NCBI GenBank assembly: GCA_034717495.1
Contig: JAYELL010000025.1
Span: forward strand, 25,900-89,899
DNA: 64,000 nucleotides
Origin: Chloroflexota bacterium
Lineage (GTDB): Bacteria > Chloroflexota > Anaerolineae > JAAEKA01
Direction of reading: 5' to 3'
The notes below the pieces were generated by a model. It saw only the letters and a program-made list of their open reading frames with translations, did not search any database and was not told where the DNA came from. The translations under genes and the position numbers were made by a program. This document shows, in pieces, positions 56,655-64,000 of this stretch (position 1 is its first letter; every line of letters starts with the position of its first letter).

Positions 56655-58109
56655 ATGAAACAACGACTGAATAGCCAGAATGGAAAAGTAAAAGCGCTGG
56701 CACCCCTGCTTCTCATCATTATTCTCGCAGTATTGTTGAGGGTTGCTGTCGCCTTCTACCTTGGAAACAGCATCGAAGAGGTGCGCGGTGGGACCTTCGA
56801 CCAGATATCCTACGATGCGTTGGCATTGCGAGTGATGGACGGCCACGGTTTCAGCTTTGCCACTGACTCATGGCCGTATGCCAAGGCAAATCAGCCAACT
56901 GCCTTCTGGTCCTATCTCTTCACCCTGTTTCTGGCCGGAATTTACAGCCTGGCCGGCCATGAGCCTCTGGTCGCGCGAATCATCCAGGCTATCCTGGTGG
57001 GCATTGTGATGCCCTGGTTGGTATATCGTATCGGTGCGCGGGTATTTGATCGACGCGTGGGCCTCATAGCGGCCCTGATTGCTGCCATCTACTTCTATTT
57101 CATCAACTATGCAGCCTCGTTGATGACGGAGTCGCTCTATATCGTCGGAATACTGTGGACTATCGATGTGGCAATGCGTTTGGCTATCCAGGCAGAAGGG
57201 TGCAGTGCCGGGGAGTTGACCTGTTCACAAAGGCACATGCTGCGTCTGGGGCTCGAGTTGGGTCTGGCGATGGCTTTCACACTCCTGATGCGTCAAGTGA
57301 TCGTGATTTTCCTTCCAGTGCTCGGCTTGTGGCTACTCTGGATTGCATGGCGACGAAATCAACTCAAGGGCACCATCCTGGCGCTGGCGGTTGCAGCCTT
57401 TGTAACAGCGCTGGCACTTTTGCCTTTCGTGATCCGGAACTACCGGGCCTTTGGTCAGGTAAGCATGCCAAATACCAATGTTGGTTTCAATTTCTTCTGG
57501 AGCAACCACCCCATCTACGGCACAACCTTTGTGCCCGTCATCTATGAGTCCAGCGGTATCACCTACCCGGAATTGATTCCTCCCGAGCTGCGCCATCTCA
57601 ACGAAGCGGAGCTGGACCGTGCCTTGTTGGCCCGTGGAATACAGATCGTGCTGGAGGATCCGACACGCTATCTACAGCTCTCCTTGAGCCGCTTCCCAGT
57701 ATACTTCCTTTTCTGGCCTACCGGGACCTCGTCGACGCTGAGCAACGCGGCCCGGGTTCTCAGTTTTGGCATTTTTCTGCCCTTTATGATTTACGGTTTG
57801 ATCACTGCCTTCTTGCGGGCGAAAATCGGCAAATCGGAACAAGTCGCAGACACCCAGGATCCCGTTTCGATGGCCTGTGCTCATCTTCATTGCGAATTTC
57901 TTGCGCTGCTTGGCGCTTACATGATAGTCTATACGGCCATCCATATTGCGTCGTGGGCAAACGTACGCTACCGGTTACCGGTAGATGTGTTTCTCATCAT
58001 TTTCGCCGCCTATGCCATCGATGACCTCCTGTGGAGAGTGTTGAAGATCGGTTCGGGAAAGCAAAAGCGGCAGAATCCTGACCTTGTTTTTCCGATGGAA
58101 GGCTCATGA
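56655..58109 (+). CDS. GT-C fold glycosyltransferase (GT39/GT83 ArnT/PMT-like)
   Basis: Multi-TM with conserved N-terminal loop (NSIEEVRGGTFDQISYDALALRVMDGHGF). Confidence 0.7.
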   Translation: MKQRLNSQNGKVKALAPLLLIIILAVLLRVAVAFYLGNSIEEVRGGTFDQISYDALALRVMDGHGFSFATDSWPYAKANQPTAFWSYLFTLFLAGIYSLAGHEPLVARIIQAILVGIVMPWLVYRIGARVFDRRVGLIAALIAAIYFYFINYAASLMTESLYIVGILWTIDVAMRLAIQAEGCSAGELTCSQRHMLRLGLELGLAMAFTLLMRQVIVIFLPVLGLWLLWIAWRRNQLKGTILALAVAAFVTALALLPFVIRNYRAFGQVSMPNTNVGFNFFWSNHPIYGTTFVPVIYESSGITYPELIPPELRHLNEAELDRALLARGIQIVLEDPTRYLQLSLSRFPVYFLFWPTGTSSTLSNAARVLSFGIFLPFMIYGLITAFLRAKIGKSEQVADTQDPVSMACAHLHCEFLALLGAYMIVYTAIHIASWANVRYRLPVDVFLIIFAAYAIDDLLWRVLKIGSGKQKRQNPDLVFPMEGS

Positions 58110-58855
58110 ACGCAATGGAATTTGACGAGGTTGCCCTGCAAAAGGTGCGTGAAGATCGACTTCTGATCGACGAGCTCGACCGCTGGCTCTACGACGAGAT
58201 CAGGCCTTTTTTCGGCCAACGGGTTCTCGATGTCGGTTGCGGCCTGGGTAATTTCGCACGGCATTTAACTGCTAAGGACTTATATATTGGCACCGATGTT
58301 TCGCCGGCCAGTGTCGCTGCCGTGAACAAGACCTACGGTGCCTATCCGAATATGCACGCCCAGGTCGCAAACGCTACCGATCCCCGCTTTCGAAAATTCA
58401 AACGATTCGAGATCGACACGGTATTTTCTTTGAACGTGTTTGAACACATAGACGATCATGAGACCGCTCTTGAGAATGTGGCCTATGTTCTGAAACCAGG
58501 TGGTGTATTGATCCTGGTCGTTCCCGCCCACAAGTGGCTTTATGGAAGTATCGATCGCTCCATTGGGCACTACAGGCGCTATGACATGACGTTGCTAGCC
58601 GAAATGTTTCGAGAGGTTGGCATCAATTGTGTCAAACTGAAGTACATCAACGCCCTGGGCGCGGTGGGATGGTTTGCAAATGGGCGTGTTCGCAGGCAGG
58701 ATACACCGCCTTCGGGCCAGTTAAAGCTGTTCAACAAGTTGGTTCCGTTGATCAGGCGATTCGAGAGTCTGGTGCCGGTTCCCTTCGGTATCTCCTTGCT
58801 GGCTGTCGCCAGAAAGGGATCATCATTGGCGCCGGAATTGAACGGCAAATCATGA
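58106..58855 (+). CDS. class I SAM-dependent methyltransferase
   Basis: Motif I VLDVGCGLGNF; stop overlaps next start (ATGA). Confidence 0.8.
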   Translation: MNAMEFDEVALQKVREDRLLIDELDRWLYDEIRPFFGQRVLDVGCGLGNFARHLTAKDLYIGTDVSPASVAAVNKTYGAYPNMHAQVANATDPRFRKFKRFEIDTVFSLNVFEHIDDHETALENVAYVLKPGGVLILVVPAHKWLYGSIDRSIGHYRRYDMTLLAEMFREVGINCVKLKYINALGAVGWFANGRVRRQDTPPSGQLKLFNKLVPLIRRFESLVPVPFGISLLAVARKGSSLAPELNGKS

Positions 58856-60063
58856 TTGTCCTCCATCTGCTTTTTTTTGTGGTCACTCTGGTCATCGCGG
58901 GCGGCCTGGCTTATCACTATTTCCTGTTGATCGCAGGCAAACCCCAACAGGCAGGAGATATCGATGAGTTGCCACAACCCAACCTCCGGTTTGCGTTGGC
59001 AGTACCGGCACACGATGAAGAGGATGTGATCGCTGCCACTGTCCGGCAGATGCAGGAGATAGACTACCCGGAGCGGTTGTTTGATGTCCATGTCGTTGCT
59101 GACCATTGCAGCGATGACACTGCGGTGGTGGCAGAGGATGCGGGTGCAACTGCTCATCTCCGTACAGATGAGCCTAGCGGGCGAAAGGGCTTCGCCGTGG
59201 ACTGGCTCATCAAAAGATTATTGGCTGATCCAATAGGCTATGACATCATTGCTGTTTTCGACGCGGACAGCAAGGTCGATTCACTTTTTTTGACCGCGGT
59301 CAGCCATGTTTTGGCCGATGGTTCCCGGGTGGTTCAGGGGAAACATGTCATCGCCAACCCCGACAGCAGCATGTTTAGTACGCTGGCCGATGCCGATATG
59401 AAGCTCAACAACCGGATCCGCAATCAGGCCAAGGAAAACCTCGGATTGTCGGCCCGGCTTATGGGCGACGCGATGGTGTTTCGGCGCGGGATTCTTGATG
59501 AGCAATCCTGGATCGGTGCAGAATCCCTGGCGGAAGACCGGGATTTCGGTATTTTCCTGGTTACCCAGGGCGTTCGCATTCGCTTCGCTCCTGATGCTGT
59601 TTCTGAAGGACAGGCGGTCACGGCCTGGGCCGACGCGACACCCCAACGCATGCGCTGGTACGGAGGTGCATTCGATTTGCAAAAACGTTATCTCGGGAAA
59701 TTGGGATCTCTGGTTGTGAGTGAGGGTAACCTGGATGCCCTGGATAAGTTTTTGGAACTCGCGCTACCTCCATTCTCACTGATAGCAATCGGCTGCGTTA
59801 CCTTGTTGCTTGTTCAAGGGTTGCTGCTCATGCTTGGTTTGCCGATTACCGGCTGGATCGTTGCCACTGCCCTGTTAACACTGCTGGCAATACTATTCCC
59901 CTTCCTGGGGTTGGCAATGACAGGAGCACCTCGCCATGCCTATAAGGCTATGATTGCAGGGCCATTTTATGTGCTATGGCGCGTGTGGATTGGACTTGTA
60001 GTGCGAGTACGGCACGGAAGTGTTTCCTGGGTTCGGACAAAACGGATCGAGCCTGAGCCCTAG
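58852..60063 (+). CDS. processive-type GT2 synthase (QxxRW; cellulose/chitin/PNAG-synthase-like) with N- and C-terminal TM helices
   Basis: DEEDVIAATV, D.D (FDADSKVD), QGKHV, QRMRWYGG motifs; TM helices flank the catalytic domain. Confidence 0.75.
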   Translation: MIVLHLLFFVVTLVIAGGLAYHYFLLIAGKPQQAGDIDELPQPNLRFALAVPAHDEEDVIAATVRQMQEIDYPERLFDVHVVADHCSDDTAVVAEDAGATAHLRTDEPSGRKGFAVDWLIKRLLADPIGYDIIAVFDADSKVDSLFLTAVSHVLADGSRVVQGKHVIANPDSSMFSTLADADMKLNNRIRNQAKENLGLSARLMGDAMVFRRGILDEQSWIGAESLAEDRDFGIFLVTQGVRIRFAPDAVSEGQAVTAWADATPQRMRWYGGAFDLQKRYLGKLGSLVVSEGNLDALDKFLELALPPFSLIAIGCVTLLLVQGLLLMLGLPITGWIVATALLTLLAILFPFLGLAMTGAPRHAYKAMIAGPFYVLWRVWIGLVVRVRHGSVSWVRTKRIEPEP

Positions 60064-60120
60064 TTGTTATCCCAGAATGGACAAGAGGTAATTTTCAAAA
60101 GCGAATAGGGTTGACCGGTG

Positions 60121-60129
60121 TGTTATAAT
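60121..60129 (+). promoter_or_regulatory. extended -10 element TGtTATAAT (internal promoter within cluster)
   Basis: tgttataat ~110 nt upstream of GT4 GTG start. Confidence 0.4.
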
Positions 60130-60236
60130 TGGGTTGTTCAGGTTGTTTGTTCCAATTGGTGCTTTCAGTGCGTGGTCTCCTTACTCGTGACGACTCTTCG
60201 AGTTGGCCGCGTTTTGGGCTGCCAGGTGGGCCTGCT

Positions 60237-61337
60237 GTGCGTATAGTCTACGTATTGCCCTCGCCTACCTTTGGTATGCATCAGTACACGGCGGACCTCG
60301 CCAATCGCATGGCCGCGGCGGGACATGATGTAAGTCTGGTTACGACGTCCACCTTGCCGAGGGATCGATACAGCCCTGCAGTTACCATCGAAGCTCCCAT
60401 CACTACTCACAATACCGGATTTTCTTCCGAGGGACTGCATATCGAACCATACCGTGTGTTGGAGCGGACGATTCGGGACCTGGTTCCGGACGTTGTTCAT
60501 ATCACCGGTGTTCACCTTTGGAATGTGTTGCTGGTGCGTCGGTTGCGAACCCAGGGGCTTCCAGTTATCCATAGTTTGCATGATCTCGATCCCCACTTTG
60601 GGGTGCGTTTCGGGAGACTGATCCGGCTGTGGAACCGGCTCATCGTTGCCAACGCAAGCCATGTTCTCGTTCATGGGCAGATATACAAGGAACGGCTGCT
60701 GGCCGGTGGTATGGCGCCCGATCGGGTTAGCTATACCCCGCTGCTTCATTTGTTTCTGAGCTACGATGAATTTGCCGAATTGGTGGATGGTGAAGTAAAC
60801 TACGAACAATGGGCGCTCTTTTTTGGTCGTTTCGAGCCATATAAGGGCGTTGCCCAACTCCTCGACGCTGTTACCAAAGAACCGTCCTTTCAAAGTCACA
60901 CGCCCAGATTGGTACTGGCAGGGAATGGGGCACTTCCAACCAGGTGTCTAGAGGAGAATCCGCCAGGGATTGAGGTGCGAAACCGGCAAATAGAAGACCG
61001 GGAGGCCATAGACCTCTTTTCCCGGTGCGGCTTGCTGGTACTGCCCTACCTTGATGCTTCGCAATCAGCCTTGATTGGCGCGGCGTATTATTTCCGGAAA
61101 CCGGTGATTGTTACCCGTACCGGCGCACTGGCGGAGTACGTCATAGATGGTGAGACCGGTTGGATCGTTTCACCAGGAGACGTCACAGCTCTGGGAAACC
61201 GTCTGTCTGAGGCACTGTCAGATCCAACTGAAATGAAACGCATGGGAATGGCGGGTCGGGCGTGGTATGATCGGCAGCGCATTCTGGAATTCGGCATCTT
61301 ACTGGATATGTATCAGAGTGTTGTTGCTTCAGCGTAG
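60237..61337 (+). CDS. GT4 (GT-B) glycosyltransferase
   Basis: GTG start after AGGTGG; VRIVYVLPSPTFGMHQYTADL; C-terminal GT-B donor-binding region. Confidence 0.75.
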   Translation: MRIVYVLPSPTFGMHQYTADLANRMAAAGHDVSLVTTSTLPRDRYSPAVTIEAPITTHNTGFSSEGLHIEPYRVLERTIRDLVPDVVHITGVHLWNVLLVRRLRTQGLPVIHSLHDLDPHFGVRFGRLIRLWNRLIVANASHVLVHGQIYKERLLAGGMAPDRVSYTPLLHLFLSYDEFAELVDGEVNYEQWALFFGRFEPYKGVAQLLDAVTKEPSFQSHTPRLVLAGNGALPTRCLEENPPGIEVRNRQIEDREAIDLFSRCGLLVLPYLDASQSALIGAAYYFRKPVIVTRTGALAEYVIDGETGWIVSPGDVTALGNRLSEALSDPTEMKRMGMAGRAWYDRQRILEFGILLDMYQSVVASA

Positions 61338-61352
61338 TTTGCGGAAAATATC

Positions 61353-62843
61353 ATGAGACTTGAGACTTCGGGAACCCGGCCACCGGGTTCTGCAGGACAG
61401 TCGGGAGAACTGGAGCGGCGCTTTACTCTTCCATTCCCCCGTCTTCGCACATCGGAACGCAAACTGCTGCTGGTCGTGGTGGATGCAGTGATCATCAATG
61501 CTGCATTGTTGCTGGCCTGGCGCCTGGGCTCTGATCTGGATGCAACGGTGCTGGACCTTCTCGCTCCATACAAGTGGTATATCACACTCACCATAGTCTG
61601 GTATCTCTCCGCACTCCTGTTTGACCTCTACGACCTTGCTCGAGCCGCCAGCACATACAATATTGTTCGCAATAGCCTGGCTGCGGTGCTCGTTACAGTG
61701 CTGGTCTATTCACTCATTCCAAGCCTCTCCCCCCCGTTGCTGCGGCGTACCCTGATCTTCCTGTTCACAGGCTTTGCCGTGGTGGGTATTGTTGGGTGGC
61801 GTATAGCCTACGTACAGCTTTTTGTTCAGCCCTGGTTCACGCAACGGGCGCTTGTCGTGGGAGCCGGATGGGCCGGGCGCACCCTTGTTCAGGAGATGGC
61901 ATTGGCGCCCCAGGACGCCAACCCCTACCGGGGAACCGGGTACGAGCTATTGGGTTTCATTGACGACGACCCCAACTATGAGGGCACAGACGTGGATGGC
62001 ATTCCCGTGTTGGGCGGGCAAGAGGTGTTGATACCCATGGCCGAAGCCCTGCAGGTTGAAGAGGTGATCGTGGCCATCACGCATCGCCACGCCATGGCGG
62101 ATGAACTCTTCGACGATCTGCTTCGTTGTCGTGAATTGGGAATTCACGTCTCCCCAATGTCCACTGTCTACGAGCGTTTGCTGGGCCGGGTTCCGGTTCT
62201 GCACGTCGGTCGCGATCTCTTCACGGCCCTACCTACAAAAGACGAGTCCTCATACCGGCTCTATCGAATCTTCAAGCGTGGCGTAGACCTGCTTTCGGCG
62301 TCTGTGGGTTTGCTGGTGCTTGCCGTCGTCGCGCCGCTGATCGCATTGGTGAATGCTGTTACCTCGCCTGGCCCTCTGTTTTACGACCAGGAGCGGGTCG
62401 GCAAGGGTGGGCGCACTTTTGGCTGCTACAAATTCCGCTCCATGATTCCCGATGCTGAGGCTGACACCGGTGCCGTTTGGGCGCAATCGGATGACGATCG
62501 GATCACACCGGTCGGCCGCGTGATCCGGCGGGCGCGCATTGACGAGTTACCTCAATTCATCAATGTACTGAAGGGTGACATGAGTCTGATCGGCCCCCGC
62601 CCGGAACGCCCCCAATTCGTGGAAACCTTGTCCCATACAATTCCCTTTTACCGGGCACGTCATGCTATGCGGCCGGGCATCACCGGCTGGGCCCAGGTCC
62701 AGTACGACTATGGCAGTTCCGAAGAGGATTCCAGGATCAAACTGGAGTATGATCTTTATTACGTGAAACATGCCGGTCCCATGTTGGATCTTCGCATACT
62801 CCTTCAGACCGTATCGGTCATGTTGCAGTTCAAGGGTCGTTGA
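61353..62843 (+). CDS. polyprenyl-phosphate hexose-1-phosphate transferase (WbaP/WcaJ-like initiating enzyme)
   Basis: N-terminal 4-5 TM, central Rossmann-like region, C-terminal sugar-transferase motifs (FRSMIPDAE, DELPQFINVLKGDMSLIGPRP). Confidence 0.85.
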   Translation: MRLETSGTRPPGSAGQSGELERRFTLPFPRLRTSERKLLLVVVDAVIINAALLLAWRLGSDLDATVLDLLAPYKWYITLTIVWYLSALLFDLYDLARAASTYNIVRNSLAAVLVTVLVYSLIPSLSPPLLRRTLIFLFTGFAVVGIVGWRIAYVQLFVQPWFTQRALVVGAGWAGRTLVQEMALAPQDANPYRGTGYELLGFIDDDPNYEGTDVDGIPVLGGQEVLIPMAEALQVEEVIVAITHRHAMADELFDDLLRCRELGIHVSPMSTVYERLLGRVPVLHVGRDLFTALPTKDESSYRLYRIFKRGVDLLSASVGLLVLAVVAPLIALVNAVTSPGPLFYDQERVGKGGRTFGCYKFRSMIPDAEADTGAVWAQSDDDRITPVGRVIRRARIDELPQFINVLKGDMSLIGPRPERPQFVETLSHTIPFYRARHAMRPGITGWAQVQYDYGSSEEDSRIKLEYDLYYVKHAGPMLDLRILLQTVSVMLQFKGR

Positions 62844-62958
62844 CTCGATCGGGTCTCTGCTTTCGAATCGCGCGGTAAGGCCTGCTGGTACATTGTTATT
62901 GCCATCTCCGGTTCTTTCCTCAGCACCGTGAGCCTCAAACCCCAAAGATCAATCTGTT

Positions 62959-64000
62959 GTGAACGAGGCGATATCATTGCACCCCACCAATGATGCAACA
63001 TCGAAAACAATTGATCGGAGGAAGAGCAATTGGTCAGGGCGTTGGACCTTTCTGGCCATTGTAGCCAGCATCGGCGTAGCTCTTCTGCTTGCCTACCTCA
63101 AGATGCTTCAGGTGCCTGGGATCTGGGGAGCCGATGCCTATACCTATATTCAGGCTGCACTTCAATTTCCTCGTGGCGAGACCACCTTCATCGGCAGTCT
63201 GGTCGGAGATCGGCACCTGGCAATCTGGTTCTATCACCTCTTTTTCGACCTATTGGGTGAAAACCTAGATTCGCTATCTGTGGCACTAGGAGTATTGCTT
63301 GCAATCAATGGTAGTCTTATTACTGGCATTTCATTCCTGGTATTCCGCTCTCCTCTTTGGGCTTTTCTGATAGCTAGCATTACTAATCTTCTTACCTTTG
63401 GCAGTCAACATTGGTTTTTCCCCACAACCGATCCTCCTTTCATCGTTACCATGTCATTGCTCCTTCTATTGTGGGTTGTCGGATCCAAACATTGGAATTG
63501 GTTCGTGCTGATTTCACTCGCATTGATCGCTGGTATCGCTTCCTCGATTCGTCCAGGACCTGTACTTTTTGTTTCTGGCATGGTCGTTACTGTGATATTG
63601 CTGTCCTCAAGCCCTGTGCTTGAGGACAGTGAAAAAGAAACAAGAACACTCCTGTCCTTCAAGCGCTGGCTGCCGCCTGCGGTGCTTCTGTTCCCTCTGA
63701 TCATCGGTATGATTTTTGGAAACTGGGCATGGAACCTCTGGGTGCCTGCAGAAAAGCCACCAGGTTATACCTTTGCCTATTTATTAGTTGATCCAATCGT
63801 GGGCTACGCAGACTGCGAAAACGGCCCTGTGAGTGCACTTGCATGCCAGGTCTCCAATTCGACACCATCTGGTCCGGCAACCAAAGAAGATCGGTTTGCC
63901 TGGTGGCACGCGGTAATGCAGTCTACCTACCTTTCGTACGGAACGGACCGGAGCGACTCAATCATGAGAGACGTGGGTATAGAGACCCTATCACGCTTCC
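62959..64000 (+). CDS. polytopic membrane protein, function unknown; 3' end beyond window
   Basis: Open frame (not in supplied track because no stop) encoding ≥8 hydrophobic helices (WTFLAIVASIGVALLLAYL...); GTG start candidate 62959. Confidence 0.4.
   Translation, partial: MNEAISLHPTNDATSKTIDRRKSNWSGRWTFLAIVASIGVALLLAYLKMLQVPGIWGADAYTYIQAALQFPRGETTFIGSLVGDRHLAIWFYHLFFDLLGENLDSLSVALGVLLAINGSLITGISFLVFRSPLWAFLIASITNLLTFGSQHWFFPTTDPPFIVTMSLLLLLWVVGSKHWNWFVLISLALIAGIASSIRPGPVLFVSGMVVTVILLSSSPVLEDSEKETRTLLSFKRWLPPAVLLFPLIIGMIFGNWAWNLWVPAEKPPGYTFAYLLVDPIVGYADCENGPVSALACQVSNSTPSGPATKEDRFAWWHAVMQSTYLSYGTDRSDSIMRDVGIETLSRF

Noticed and set aside
1-64000. Defence islands, CRISPR arrays, prophage or transposon content
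   Set aside because: No Cas, RM, helicase-nuclease, integrase or transposase signatures. No short regularly spaced repeats other than the 52893-52976 TGTCA array, which is too short and irregular for CRISPR.

Overview
This is a high-GC (~60%) bacterial chromosomal window. I saw no transposases, integrases, tRNAs, rRNAs or CRISPR arrays.

Bases 1 to about 37,000 carry housekeeping and envelope genes: an ABC-F ATPase fragment, ssb, a LysM lipoprotein, an SPFH protein, a TetR regulator, sodA, a beta-CASP RNase with RNase D, H+-pyrophosphatase, an HDAC-family deacetylase, ndk, rsfS, a GT-C glycosyltransferase with a WaaL-like ligase, a large lipoprotein with two META domains, a PA14 protein, a serine-hydrolase-like protein, guaA-xpt, a histidine/aromatic ammonia-lyase, a thioredoxin-fold oxidoreductase, an ECF transporter (S, fused AA', T), a NUDIX hydrolase, an SGNH hydrolase, glpX and a SulP-STAS-rhodanese fusion.

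From about 37,010 to the window end (more than 27 kb, about 24 genes, all on the + strand, many 4-nt start/stop overlaps) lies one large surface-glycan cluster. It contains a WbaP-like initiating phosphotransferase, Wzm/Wzt ABC exporter (Wzt has a C-terminal extension), four GT4 and five GT2 glycosyltransferases (one a processive QxxRW type, one fused to a CsaB-like pyruvyltransferase), two WaaL/Wzy_C-family membrane proteins (one with TPR repeats), a GT-C transferase, a GtrB-like polyprenyl-P-sugar synthase, an ArnE/F-like flippase subunit, an O-acetyltransferase, a SAM methyltransferase, a sulfotransferase-family protein, a B12-binding radical SAM enzyme and a BNR/sialidase-like hydrolase.

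I read this as a candidate ABC-transporter-dependent pathway for a decorated secondary cell-wall polymer or protein O-glycan, with possible sulfate, pyruvate, acetyl and methyl modifications, by analogy to S-layer glycosylation loci. This is an inference from gene content only.

Smaller observations: a direct-repeat array of TGTCA/TGACA motifs inside the cluster; an ~0.8 kb non-coding island holding a truncated FAD-oxidoreductase fragment, a terminated sRNA-like element and a 49-aa coiled-coil ORF; several clear sigma70 promoters and intrinsic terminators; two apparently leaderless genes.
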